NCBI GenBank assembly: GCA_045123185.1
Contig: JBGVIL010000206.1
Coordinates: forward strand, 4,400 to 68,399
Length of the DNA stretch: 64,000 bases
Direction: 5' to 3'
Origin: Bacilli bacterium
Lineage (GTDB): Bacteria > Bacillota_I > Bacilli_A > ML615J-28 > CAG-313
Of this stretch, positions 17,934 to 28,131 are shown piece by piece. The notes below the pieces were generated by a model, which saw only the letters and a list, made by a program, of their open reading frames with translations, did no database searches and had not been told where the DNA came from. Positions within the stretch are counted from its first letter, which is position 1. Each line of letters starts with the position of its first letter. Position numbers and translations under genes: made by a program.

Positions 17934-19994
17934 CTATTCAGCTAATTTATAATTAAAATTACCGGAGTAATCATTAAAATAATATTTACCTGTAATTTTG
18001 TCATATATACAAGGCATATATGTGTCATTAACTATATGTAATACAGGTACTAAATCATGAATTACCAAATCAGCTCTTTTTATTTGTATTTTATGGATTC
18101 TACTGTAACTAGCCGTATCGAATTTAGGAAATAGTTTTAATAATTGACTATTAGGTGAGGTTAGTTTACTATATGAAAGTTTAGTTACTTCATTTTGTAG
18201 TATAGCACCGTTAGTAAATGTTAAGATATAAGGAGTAGAAGATACTACGGTAGCTCTAAAATCACTACGAGTATTTTGATGCCAACATCCAAAAGTAGAA
18301 CTATCAAATTCAGCAATTCGGGTAGAACCTATAGCTATTATATAAGCCCAGCCATTTAAAGAAGGATTAGATATAGTAACATCAACAGTTTCAGCCATTT
18401 CATCAACATAAATATCAGTAGTTATCTGGGTAGAAGAACCTGTACTTTCTATATATTCACATAATTTATCAGTAGGCTCTTGTATGTTAATGATAGTTTT
18501 TGCAATATTTAAGCAATCTTGGTAGTCGTCTAAACTTGTAATATCTACAGCTTGTACTTTTCCACCACTTGTATATCCAGCTGGAATTGTTTGTTCTTCC
18601 TCTGACGGAGTATATGTTAGCTCTCCATTATCTTTCATTGTTCCAGCCATAACTGTACCATCTACACTAAGATATTGTTCACCTACTAGCAATTTACTTG
18701 GGTCAGAAACTGTCTCATCTGGTAACAATTGTACAAATTTCATACCTTGTACTTCTAACGCTTTAAGCATCTCTCCAGCAGTATATTTAAACTGATGTAA
18801 TACTCCTGATATTACACCTAATATGTATTGACCCTCAAAAGGCATTGCTGCATTTGACATTGATAATGTTTGATAAAGTTCCCAACCAGTATCATCAAAT
18901 CGTATTACATAAATTGTATTACCATTAGCTAATATAGCAAAAGCATCATCTTTAGTAAAACGCAATGACGAATAAGAAGGTAATCCTCCTTGTATAGCAA
19001 TTTTACTATTAAAAAAGGTAGTTGCATTTTCATTTTTATTGACACGATACAAAGTATTACCGTATATCATGTATTGACAATTATGTGATACAAACGCTTT
19101 ACCCGATGTACTTACATCAGTCATAGATGTTCTAGCTTCATTCATTACATATAATCTATAATTTCCACAGAATATATGACCATCTCCAGTTTCATACAAA
19201 CCATATCCAAATCCAGATGTTCTGCTTCTAACAAGTAAGTTTGATATCGAACCGCTTGTTTCAGTCCAATTAAGTTTTGCATAAGCTAAACTCAAGTAGT
19301 CTTCCCATTTTGAGTATTGCATAGCTATAGTATTAGGATATGTATAACAACCTAACCCACCGTAACCATAGTTATTACCAGTATCACCCCAAGCACCAAT
19401 AGCTATACCATCTATTAATGAAAAGGTTTTATGAGCTACATCATATTTGACTCTACGGAACCAAACTCTAGTATCACCATCACCGTTATTACGACCTTTT
19501 CCTACACACAAAGTATAAGTAGTATCATCGTAACTGTCCCATGTAAGTAGCACGTCGTTTACTTCTGTGTTACTATACAAAGTAGACAACGAATATGAAG
19601 CAGTACTTTCTACTTTATCATCTCTTATTGCGACTACATACATATTACTACCATTTCTAAATACATAGAATATATAATCCCCCAAAGGTAAACTCCACCA
19701 ATTATTTGGAGCTACACTTATATTCAAGTTAGTTTGAGCATAAAGCGAAGCGTCCACAGGTAAATATGTAGGCATAATACTACCTGTTATTTTTTCGCCA
19801 TTTACATATGCAGTTTTAGGATTAATAATATCATTTGCAGTAGCAGTAGCGTCACTAGTACTCATACCAGTTTCAATTGTTGCTATTTCAGAATCGAACT
19901 CCTGAGCCGGTATTGGCTCAGTTGTTCCTTTCTTACTTCTTATAGCACTAGCAATGTCTGTTAAAAAATTGCTTAGATTAGTTATATCAGCCAT
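17934..19994 (-). CDS. tail fibre paralogue
   Basis: ATG at 19994 with GAGGAGG upstream. N-terminal MADITNLSNFLTDIASAIRSKK...STSDATATANDI..TAYVNGEKITG. C-terminal ...VIHDLVPVLH..CIYDKITGKYYFN. Confidence 0.7.
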   Translation of the reverse strand: MADITNLSNFLTDIASAIRSKKGTTEPIPAQEFDSEIATIETGMSTSDATATANDIINPKTAYVNGEKITGSIMPTYLPVDASLYAQTNLNISVAPNNWWSLPLGDYIFYVFRNGSNMYVVAIRDDKVESTASYSLSTLYSNTEVNDVLLTWDSYDDTTYTLCVGKGRNNGDGDTRVWFRRVKYDVAHKTFSLIDGIAIGAWGDTGNNYGYGGLGCYTYPNTIAMQYSKWEDYLSLAYAKLNWTETSGSISNLLVRSRTSGFGYGLYETGDGHIFCGNYRLYVMNEARTSMTDVSTSGKAFVSHNCQYMIYGNTLYRVNKNENATTFFNSKIAIQGGLPSYSSLRFTKDDAFAILANGNTIYVIRFDDTGWELYQTLSMSNAAMPFEGQYILGVISGVLHQFKYTAGEMLKALEVQGMKFVQLLPDETVSDPSKLLVGEQYLSVDGTVMAGTMKDNGELTYTPSEEEQTIPAGYTSGGKVQAVDITSLDDYQDCLNIAKTIINIQEPTDKLCEYIESTGSSTQITTDIYVDEMAETVDVTISNPSLNGWAYIIAIGSTRIAEFDSSTFGCWHQNTRSDFRATVVSSTPYILTFTNGAILQNEVTKLSYSKLTSPNSQLLKLFPKFDTASYSRIHKIQIKRADLVIHDLVPVLHIVNDTYMPCIYDKITGKYYFNDYSGNFNYKLAE

Positions 19995-19995
19995 A

Positions 19996-22881
19996 TTACT
20001 CCTCCTCATCTCCTAAAATTTCATTTGCTGTATTTACAGCTGTGTTATATTCTTGTGGTGTAATTGTATCGTTGTATGAATTTTTGGTTATTGTAGTATA
20101 ATACACTGTATTTTTAGACGATAAGCTCAATGTGTTAGCATTACCTAATATAATAGATAGGTCATAATCTATAATAGAACTGTCTATATATCGTTCTGCT
20201 TTCATCAAACCAATTACTTGTTTCTTACTCAATAAATATAACTCATCATTATTCCATACAATATTTATTTTATTATCTCTAGTATAGTATGTGCTCAATG
20301 TTTGATTTCTAAACGTAGATTGACCTATATCCATACTATATATAGTTCCACCTATATTTATACCAGGTACACTACTGTAATTACCTAAATCGTATAATAA
20401 ACCAGATTTAGTAAGTGTTGCTGTAGTACCAGATAATGTAGCTGTGGCTTTACATACATATATAGAATTGTCTTTTGTCTGTATTAGCATATACTGTGTA
20501 CCATGATTATATAAAGGCTCAACTGTATGAATATTATCAGGTAAACCAGTACTATCATATTCTATATGATGTGGGCTATATGATGATGAAGTAGTATTCA
20601 ATACCTGAACAGAAGTTTCACTGGCACTAGGAGCCACAATTATTTTACTATCTGTTACTACTAAACCATTCGCATCACCCATTTGAGCAGGAGAGCTTAA
20701 TTTAACAGAACTATATGTGTTAGTTCCAACTATACTTTTATATATTTTAGTAGCCCCAGATGCCGAAGACGAAGATGATGGTATCGAATATCCGTACATA
20801 GTATACATTTCGTTACTATTATAAATCATACCAGTTGCACCACTATAACCATAATACTGATAAGTACTGTTAAAATCATCACTGGCTACAAGATATAGTT
20901 GAGCACTATCTATGTCATAACAATAACCTCTAAACATAGAATAGTATTTATCAGTATGATACATACCCACTACACTCAAATATACATATTTATCATTTAG
21001 TATGTTACATACTGCGTGCATTCTATCTAATGTATTAGTTGTGTATTTTTCAACTAATGTGATTACTTCACCAGACTCTAGATTTAATGTGAATACACCC
21101 ATACTGTTAACAAATATACAAATATCATTTTTGATGTACCAAATTATGTCTTTATTTATATCAATTTCTTTTGTTATGTTTAATGTAGTATTGGTGTATG
21201 TAGTACCTTTTAACATTCCCTCACCATTAGAACTAATATAACATATATCACTATCTGTATTAAATTTTGTAGGTTGTATAATAATATGTGTACTATCAGA
21301 TATGTCTGTACTATCGCAATGTTTCAAATATTTTACTGATACAGGCTCGTTATTTATGTCATTCGGAGATTTAGTACTTAAATATACAGAATCATCACTA
21401 CCTGTACTATAGTAATTACCTACAACAGGAATACCTAATGTTTCTCCCAACGTAATGTTTTTTGGTATATTATTCCATATACTACCATCAGATGTAATAA
21501 CTCCGTTAGCACCATATACAGTACCTTGCACTAATTGATTAGGTTCGATATTAGTTAATTGAGTAGGTAGTATTGCATAGTTCTTATATGTAACTGCGAG
21601 TAAACGATTGATAGTAAATGCACTAGATGTGTATGGGTTGCTACGTACAAATTCTCCGTTATATGCAGATAACGACGAACTTGTAGAAGATGCATATGTA
21701 TTTGTAGTTGGATTGATGTTTATTGCAAATCCAAATTTTATATTTGGGAAATATACTGTTTTAGGACTATATCCAAACGTCTCACTAGTTATTTCATAAG
21801 TTTCTTTATTGATTATTAACTTATAACCAGTACCATATGAAGACGTTATTATACCGGCCATACCAGTTTCTGTACCAGCTGCGGCAGGAAAGCTCATACC
21901 AAATGATGCAGCACTAGTGCCACTAATGTAAAAATACAATAAGTAGTGACCTGTATTTTCATCTACATATACAATAAGTTTAATGCCACTAGAACCTACA
22001 CCACTATGATTTGTAATAAAATAGTCGTTTAAATTTTTAGCAAATAAATCTAAATTTACATATCGACCTTCATAATTAGTACTATCTAACATAGTAACAT
22101 ATCTACTGCTATTTGCGTATAAATTAGATATAGGTGTTATAGCTATTCCATATTTGTCTGTTTTTTCTTCCACAATGTATAGTCCGTTAAATATTTCATT
22201 ACTTTCATCATATACCAATGCTTTTGTACCTACAGGTGTATCAGTATTACGCATTTCACTCTCTGTAGCAAATAATTCTACCTCAGCAGAAACTCCACCT
22301 TCGGCAGTACCTTCTATACCAAGTATAGTATTACCACTTGCTATTTTATTTGGTGTTAAATTAATAGCTTCAGTTAAAATATCATAATTGATTTCAGATG
22401 TTATTCCTTTTCCCTTACTATCATCAATAATCATCTTCGAATTTTGAGATACTTGTGAATAATCAGTAACAACACGCACAACACCTTTAGTAATATAAGA
22501 CAATTCTGTTTCGTACATCTCTTTTTCATAAGGGTCTGTATCTTTATTAGGATAACGAGTTTCTAATTCTTGTAATTGTTGTTCATAATCATTATTAGGT
22601 ACATCTGTTATAACAGAGTTGTTATTAGATATACCTAATATAGATGATTCGTTCATAGTAGGTATTCTACCTTCTATTTTTTCACCATTTACATATGCGG
22701 TTCTCCAGATTTGAATATCATCGGCTGTAGCGGTCGCATCACTAGTATCCATACCCGCTTCGATACTTAATATTTCTTGGTCAAATTGTCCTGCTGCAAT
22801 CGGTTCAGTAGTCGATTTCTTTGTTCTAATTGCATCAGCTATATCTGTCAAGAATTTACTTAAATTACTTGTATCTGCCAT
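19996..22881 (-). CDS. tail fibre paralogue (largest, 961 aa)
   Basis: ATG at 22881 with GGAGG upstream. N-terminal MADTSNLSKFLTDIADAIRTKK...DTSDATATADDI..TAYVNGEKIEG. Confidence 0.7.
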   Translation of the reverse strand: MADTSNLSKFLTDIADAIRTKKSTTEPIAAGQFDQEILSIEAGMDTSDATATADDIQIWRTAYVNGEKIEGRIPTMNESSILGISNNNSVITDVPNNDYEQQLQELETRYPNKDTDPYEKEMYETELSYITKGVVRVVTDYSQVSQNSKMIIDDSKGKGITSEINYDILTEAINLTPNKIASGNTILGIEGTAEGGVSAEVELFATESEMRNTDTPVGTKALVYDESNEIFNGLYIVEEKTDKYGIAITPISNLYANSSRYVTMLDSTNYEGRYVNLDLFAKNLNDYFITNHSGVGSSGIKLIVYVDENTGHYLLYFYISGTSAASFGMSFPAAAGTETGMAGIITSSYGTGYKLIINKETYEITSETFGYSPKTVYFPNIKFGFAININPTTNTYASSTSSSLSAYNGEFVRSNPYTSSAFTINRLLAVTYKNYAILPTQLTNIEPNQLVQGTVYGANGVITSDGSIWNNIPKNITLGETLGIPVVGNYYSTGSDDSVYLSTKSPNDINNEPVSVKYLKHCDSTDISDSTHIIIQPTKFNTDSDICYISSNGEGMLKGTTYTNTTLNITKEIDINKDIIWYIKNDICIFVNSMGVFTLNLESGEVITLVEKYTTNTLDRMHAVCNILNDKYVYLSVVGMYHTDKYYSMFRGYCYDIDSAQLYLVASDDFNSTYQYYGYSGATGMIYNSNEMYTMYGYSIPSSSSSASGATKIYKSIVGTNTYSSVKLSSPAQMGDANGLVVTDSKIIVAPSASETSVQVLNTTSSSYSPHHIEYDSTGLPDNIHTVEPLYNHGTQYMLIQTKDNSIYVCKATATLSGTTATLTKSGLLYDLGNYSSVPGINIGGTIYSMDIGQSTFRNQTLSTYYTRDNKINIVWNNDELYLLSKKQVIGLMKAERYIDSSIIDYDLSIILGNANTLSLSSKNTVYYTTITKNSYNDTITPQEYNTAVNTANEILGDEEE

Positions 22882-22882
22882 A

Positions 22883-23764
22883 CTAATATTCACCTCCTAA
22901 TGTATTGATGACCATATCATCTACATATTTTTTAGTAGCTGGGTGCATATCTTCTGTTGGTGTAAAGTTTATCACATTTAGCATAGCACCAGTAGCATTT
23001 GTAGGTAAGAACAAATACTGATAATCATTTTCTCTAAATATAATACTATCTAACGCACGTACGGTTTTTAAATTTGATTCAAGATAAATTTCACTAACAG
23101 CAGTCTGAGTAGTTGTAGCCACACCGTCAGGACTACCAGCTCCTCCAGCTGTGTTTGGTGCTATCCACCATATTTTTAATTTAGTAGGGTCTGCCATATC
23201 ACTAAAGCTTTCAGGTCCTATAACTGTAAGCGCTATACGATTAGCACCTTTTACGTATGCTACAAAAACATTTTCTGTTCTACTCGCATTATAAATTTCT
23301 TGCCACAATGCAATATTATTAGGATTAGTGCTACTATTTGCTCCGTCCCAACTATAACATTTACCAAAATTACTTATAGCAGCATTCATTTGTTCATATG
23401 TTGGATAATTTGCTAAATCTATCGCTACATTTCCTAAGATATCCCAACCTTTTTCGTCTGTCCAATAATATTCACTAAATGTACCATCCTCAGCAGGTAC
23501 TAAGTAAATTTTATTTTTATCACCTATCTCAGGTAAGACATCTACTGGTTCGAATAAATCCATAGATATTTGCTCAAATGTTTTAGTATCACCGTCTATA
23601 TCTATAAATTTATTTATAACTGATTTTGAGTTTTGATATACAATTGCATTTGCTTCATTAGCTGGTGAAATTATATTACCTTGTCCATCAGTTATACTAC
23701 CATCTGGGTTTAACCATTTATTAGGTAAAGCTTTGCTCAACTCATATGCGTCTGTCATACTCAT
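22883..23764 (-). CDS. tail fibre-associated structural protein
   Basis: 293 aa. KIYLVPAEDGTFSEYYWTDEKGWDILG and HPATKKYVDD are motifs common in fibre shafts. First gene of the fibre block. Confidence 0.55.
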   Translation of the reverse strand: MSMTDAYELSKALPNKWLNPDGSITDGQGNIISPANEANAIVYQNSKSVINKFIDIDGDTKTFEQISMDLFEPVDVLPEIGDKNKIYLVPAEDGTFSEYYWTDEKGWDILGNVAIDLANYPTYEQMNAAISNFGKCYSWDGANSSTNPNNIALWQEIYNASRTENVFVAYVKGANRIALTVIGPESFSDMADPTKLKIWWIAPNTAGGAGSPDGVATTTQTAVSEIYLESNLKTVRALDSIIFRENDYQYLFLPTNATGAMLNVINFTPTEDMHPATKKYVDDMVINTLGGEY

Positions 23765-23766
23765 AA

Positions 23767-24141
23767 TTAATTACCTCCTTCTTTTATTTCTATTTCATTA
23801 AGTTTTGATTTTAATGAACAATTTTCTTCATGTAACTCTTTATTTTCTTCTTCAAGATGAGTCACTATGTTTTGTAATCTGTGTGTTTCTTTTTCTAACG
23901 CTAGTTTATCAGATTTTAACTTGTAGTTTTCTTGCTCTAAGTTTGCTACGCGTTCTTCTAATTTTGCCATTCTTTCATTCATTCGTTGGTCGATTTCTAA
24001 TAAACTTTTTATATTTGTGTTATTAGCTTCAGCATTAAGCTTCTTCTTTTCTGTAAGCGCTTTAATTACAACACCCACAACACCACCACCAAACAAAGCA
24101 ACAACTACCGTTATTATATTAGTTATATCTACTCCCGACAT
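23767..24141 (-). CDS. single-TM coiled-coil membrane protein
   Basis: N-terminal hydrophobic stretch ITVVVALFGGGVVGVVI followed by heptad-rich sequence. Confidence 0.55.
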   Translation of the reverse strand: MSGVDITNIITVVVALFGGGVVGVVIKALTEKKKLNAEANNTNIKSLLEIDQRMNERMAKLEERVANLEQENYKLKSDKLALEKETHRLQNIVTHLEEENKELHEENCSLKSKLNEIEIKEGGN

Positions 24142-24158
24142 TAGATTCCCCTCCTTCT

Positions 24159-24581
24159 TTAATTTGGTGTAGTATTATTCTTCGATAGCTTAACAGCTCT
24201 TTTTTCTAAATAACTTATACTATTTATTCTATAATTTAATACTATTTCAATAACAACTATAGTCATGAAATAATTTCCTAGCAATACAATACTTGGATTT
24301 ACTTTAAAACACGCATGAGCTTGTAACCCAATTAGTATCGCAACTGTAAGACGTAATATTTTAGCGTTTGTCTTACACTCTGTAAATCTTTGTTTCATAT
24401 TATGAATTAAACTACTAATCCATAATATGATATTTATAATTGACAGGAATATTAGTAAAAATGTATCGTATTCAATATTTCCTTGTATTGTTTTTACGAT
24501 TGTATCAACTAACTGCACCGCAGTGACTCCTATCAAGGTAGCGTAAAAGTATTTGATATATTTCTGTATCAATTGCTCCAT
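24159..24581 (-). CDS. multi-pass membrane protein
   Basis: 140 aa with about 4 hydrophobic segments. Confidence 0.55.
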   Translation of the reverse strand: MEQLIQKYIKYFYATLIGVTAVQLVDTIVKTIQGNIEYDTFLLIFLSIINIILWISSLIHNMKQRFTECKTNAKILRLTVAILIGLQAHACFKVNPSIVLLGNYFMTIVVIEIVLNYRINSISYLEKRAVKLSKNNTTPN

Positions 24582-24596
24582 ACTCCATCACCTCCA

Positions 24597-25514
24597 CTAC
24601 AGTACATATCTTCTATTTGTAAGTTGTTCGTGCATTAGTTTTATCCAATCTGTGTAAACATTTTGTTGTCCTAGTTCAGATTGAGAATTCAATCCTTCAG
24701 CACCTCTGTTCAAATATGCTATACAAGAACATTTTACGATTACCGGCCAGCACTCGTTCATTAGTTTAGTATTAACCATTCGGTTAGTCCATTGTGCTGC
24801 TTCGTGTATAACCATTTCGCAAACATCTTCTAGAATTTCTAGATTATTTCTTTCTATTGGTTCAGCATCATGAGCTCCTTCTAATGGTTCACCCATTTCT
24901 CCTGTAACTGGTATATAATAATAATCTAAATTAGAAATTAGATAGATAGGATAAATTATGTTATTATCTACGATAGCTTTATCTTCTGGATACAAACGTC
25001 CAGCAAAAAATTCATATGTAACACCGTCTATTTCTATAGTACCGTCACCGTTTCCTATCATATCTGTTTCAAATGTTTTAGTTGCTCCGTCCAATATAAA
25101 CTGAACATACACATGGTTTGAAGTATTCTTCACCTCACCTGTTATGTCTGTTCTGTTTATTGGACTATAAAAATTACTAGTAATTCTCCCATTAATATTT
25201 AAGACACTCACTGGAGAGTCTCCTATTTCTGAACCAAATATGAACAACGCTGGAATTTCTTTCTTCGTGTTATCCATTAGGTAACCGTGGTATGCCATCC
25301 ACCACGCATAATTTTTAGTTTTTTCCTTGACCAAAGCGACTTCATCGTTTGTGAAATTACCATTGGATATGGCTAAAAATGAGTCTGTATGGTCTTCAAT
25401 TGGAACAAGTGTAGAATAAACAGGCACCATTTCTTTATCACCACGGTAATTCTTGCCTAGCATACGTTTTGTTTTTTCTACAATTTTTTCAAATGTAATA
25501 TCTGTTGCTAACAT
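24597..25514 (-). CDS. head-tail adaptor-like protein (gp6/gp15-like C-terminus with N-terminal extension)
   Basis: C-terminal ...CIAYLNRGAEGLNSQSELGQQNVYTDW resembles the YxNRGxEGxxSxSxGG motif of head-tail connector proteins. RBS AGGAGG. Confidence 0.45.
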   Translation of the reverse strand: MLATDITFEKIVEKTKRMLGKNYRGDKEMVPVYSTLVPIEDHTDSFLAISNGNFTNDEVALVKEKTKNYAWWMAYHGYLMDNTKKEIPALFIFGSEIGDSPVSVLNINGRITSNFYSPINRTDITGEVKNTSNHVYVQFILDGATKTFETDMIGNGDGTIEIDGVTYEFFAGRLYPEDKAIVDNNIIYPIYLISNLDYYYIPVTGEMGEPLEGAHDAEPIERNNLEILEDVCEMVIHEAAQWTNRMVNTKLMNECWPVIVKCSCIAYLNRGAEGLNSQSELGQQNVYTDWIKLMHEQLTNRRYVL

Positions 25515-25707
25515 TACAGTCGCCTCCTTTATATAAAAATAGATTGCTCATAACTGAACAATCTTCTAATCAAAATACTATTATTACAATTCAATTGACG
25601 CTACCACCAATTAAATAATAAAAGTATCTAATTAGTCAATTGTATCTTTGTCTTTGTAATAATAGTATACCTTATTTTAAAACACTTTTCAAATGGAGTA
25701 CAACTCA

Positions 25708-26178
25708 TTATACTCCAGTTGAGCCGAATCCTCCAGTCCTTGTGGCTGTAGGGTTTGACATATAATCGTTTTCTGTTTTTATGAAATTTATTATAATACC
25801 TTGGCCAAGTTTTTCACCTTTTTTAATAACAACATCTTCGTCTGTTATGTTATAAAACTCAAATCCCATTTCTCCGTCATTATCTGGATTACCATAGTAA
25901 TCTGCATCTATAACACCAATTCCATTTGCTAGAATTAATCCTTTTTTACTTGGATTAGATGAACGGTTTGCTAAGATTAACGCCATATTAGGCATTAACT
26001 CACATTTCACACCAGTCATAGCTCTTGTTAACTTTTTAGCAGGAAATACAAAATCTTCTGGTGCAAAAAAATCATATCCAGCACTGTTCATAGTAGAACG
26101 TTCTGGTAATTTAAAATCAGGATTTTTCATTTCATATCCAGTACTAATCATTCTATCTACGTATTCAAATTTAACCAT
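25708..26178 (-). CDS. dut: dUTP diphosphatase (trimeric dUTPase)
   Basis: Motifs AGYD, NRSS, GVIDADYYG and RTGGFGSTG are present in canonical order. Confidence 0.9.
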   Translation of the reverse strand: MVKFEYVDRMISTGYEMKNPDFKLPERSTMNSAGYDFFAPEDFVFPAKKLTRAMTGVKCELMPNMALILANRSSNPSKKGLILANGIGVIDADYYGNPDNDGEMGFEFYNITDEDVVIKKGEKLGQGIIINFIKTENDYMSNPTATRTGGFGSTGV

Positions 26179-26656
26179 TTTCTTTCTCCTTCTCTTTTAA
26201 TAAATATATACCACTGTCAAATAAATCATTATAATATTTGTTCTTTTCTTGAGCGATTTCTTCTGTGTATTTAATTAAATCTATTATTTTCTTATCTCTC
26301 ATATATTCCACCAACATATGACGAGTCTCATGTATCACAGTGTCTTTTAATGATGATGTCTTATATAGGTCAACTGAAATATCTATATAATACTTATCGT
26401 TCCACTCATGGAATGTGCCTAACAAGATTTCCTCGTCAGGGTCGTAACCTTTTGTAGTATATCTAACAAATCTATATACAATAGGTTTATCTACTTTTAC
26501 ACCTAAGCATTCCACATATTGTTCCGAAAGCTCCTGAATAGAAGCAGGGTCAATGCTTTGTTCTTTCATATATATTTTTTTAGTTGGGTCTATTAAATAA
26601 GTCAATGTGAAACCTATTAATAATCCAATCATCAGAATAATTGATATCCAAAACAT
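26171..26656 (-). CDS. membrane-anchored HExxH metallopeptidase-like protein
   Basis: ATG at 26656 with GGAGG upstream. N-terminal TM segment (FWISIILMIGLLIGF) and motif VIHETRHMLVEY. Confidence 0.5.
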   Translation of the reverse strand: MFWISIILMIGLLIGFTLTYLIDPTKKIYMKEQSIDPASIQELSEQYVECLGVKVDKPIVYRFVRYTTKGYDPDEEILLGTFHEWNDKYYIDISVDLYKTSSLKDTVIHETRHMLVEYMRDKKIIDLIKYTEEIAQEKNKYYNDLFDSGIYLLKEKEKENG

Positions 26657-26697
26657 AACTCGTCCTCCTATAAACCACTGCCATTTTATTTTCATAC

Positions 26698-26973
26698 TTA
26701 TTCCCCCAATGGTTCACTAATTAATTCAAATGCGTCCTTTTCTACAATCGAAATTTCATTGTCTTTTACTACTAGTAAATGATTTCTAGTAAACTTGTCA
26801 TATCCTCCGATAATATAACAGTCATCAGTCTCGTGTGTAACTGGTACGCCCATATACTTGAACGACCAAGGCATATTATTATAAACATTATCGGTTTGTG
26901 TAAGACCGTATTCTATTAGCTCATCAAATGTTAGAGCCTCTACTATCATGGGTTTCATTTTAAATTTAGCCAT
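26698..26973 (-). CDS. hypothetical protein
   Basis: 91 aa, RBS AGGAGG. First gene after the terminator. Confidence 0.55.
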   Translation of the reverse strand: MAKFKMKPMIVEALTFDELIEYGLTQTDNVYNNMPWSFKYMGVPVTHETDDCYIIGGYDKFTRNHLLVVKDNEISIVEKDAFELISEPLGE

Positions 26974-26989
26974 TGTTCAATCCTCCTAT

Positions 26990-27022
26990 TAAATAAAAAT
27001 AAAGGCGGGGTAACCGCCTTTT
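26990..27022 (-). terminator. rho-independent terminator after the endolysin gene
   Basis: AAAGGCGG-GGTAA-CCGCCTTT hairpin (27001-27021) followed by a U-run in the minus-strand sense. Confidence 0.8.
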
Positions 27023-27025
27023 GAA

Positions 27026-28009
27026 CTATACTGGTTGGCAGTCCTTTATATGAACGGCTGCTGTAACCGCAGTCCCTTTACCTATAACTACTCTATCCCC
27101 TGATACTTCAATTACATCGAAAATGTCTCCGTATGTCCAGTCAGCAAGTCTTATACCAGAGTATGTCATTTTTCCAGTTAATTTCACTTTTGAACCTTTT
27201 TTGATTTGAGGTGTAGCAGGTTCTTGTGGAGCTGTACCAGATGTTTGTCTTTCAACATAGTCTAAGCTTATCCATCCAGCACCTGATTTTAATTTACCCC
27301 ATTTAGAAGCACCGGCACCATCTTTTTCAGCAACAATTGTATATACACCATGGTCTTTTATTTGACCTGTAACAGGATAATTTGTTCCAGCATCAGCTCT
27401 GATATTTAACACATCAGCTTTTACTTTCACTAGATATCCTTCAGTAGGAGTTTCTGGTTTTGGTTCTGGCTCTGGTTCAGGAGCTGGAGCTGGTTGTTCA
27501 TCTAACTTAGAATTAACTGTATTAGCTAATTCTTCAAATCTAGACTGTAAATATGGTCCAGGACAAGATGTCGCTGCAAACATATTGTGTCTAGTCAAAG
27601 AACCATTTGGAGTTCCATCATAAACTAATCTGAATTCATATCTTTTACAGATATCAGCACATAAGTTTACTAAAGAATTCCAAGATGCTTCAGATATTGG
27701 CCAATCTCCTCCTGTACTAGAGTTAGCTACTTCTATTGTAATAGCTTGACAGTCGTTTGTTCTATTTGATGATGTATACGCTCTATTTTGTTCATCTACA
27801 TAACAGATTATTTCACCGTTATATCCAATACCGTAGTTAGCAGAAGCTTGTCTATTAGGGTCTTGGAATAATTCTCCACATCTTTTAGCTGTAAGTTTTC
27901 CAGCCATGTGATGAGGTGTTATTTTACAAATTTTATACCCGCTTCTACCATTTGAATAGTTATTACTATGTGCTGGCATGAAGCTTTGTGCTAAACTTGA
28001 ATATCCCAT
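27026..28009 (-). CDS. endolysin: N-acetylmuramoyl-L-alanine amidase (Amidase_2/PGRP type) with C-terminal SH3b-like repeats
   Basis: Motifs HHMAG, SANYGIG, AITIEVAN and HNMFAATSCPG. PAPAPEPEPEPKPE linker, then two SH3-like modules. Confidence 0.9.
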   Translation of the reverse strand: MGYSSLAQSFMPAHSNNYSNGRSGYKICKITPHHMAGKLTAKRCGELFQDPNRQASANYGIGYNGEIICYVDEQNRAYTSSNRTNDCQAITIEVANSSTGGDWPISEASWNSLVNLCADICKRYEFRLVYDGTPNGSLTRHNMFAATSCPGPYLQSRFEELANTVNSKLDEQPAPAPEPEPEPKPETPTEGYLVKVKADVLNIRADAGTNYPVTGQIKDHGVYTIVAEKDGAGASKWGKLKSGAGWISLDYVERQTSGTAPQEPATPQIKKGSKVKLTGKMTYSGIRLADWTYGDIFDVIEVSGDRVVIGKGTAVTAAVHIKDCQPV

Positions 28010-28131
28010 TATTCTTCACCCTCCTCTTTACCATTTGAAAGTTCTATTTCTGCATCAGGAGTCATCTCAATAACTTCAACTTCTTCTTTTACTGGTTGTG
28101 GTCTATTATTGTTGTTTCTTGGTTTTTTCAT
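28009..28131 (-). CDS. small highly charged ORF between holin and endolysin (40 aa)
   Basis: MKKPRNNNNRPQPVKEEVEVIEMTPDAEIELSNGKEEGEE. Its start overlaps the holin stop, and its stop overlaps the endolysin ATG (TAATG). Confidence 0.35.
   Translation of the reverse strand: MKKPRNNNNRPQPVKEEVEVIEMTPDAEIELSNGKEEGEE

Noticed and set aside
11785-23764. Diversity-generating retroelement or invertase/shufflon acting on the fibre genes
   Set aside because: No reverse transcriptase, template repeat or recombinase is present in the window. The paralogues share modules but no inverted crossover sites were seen.
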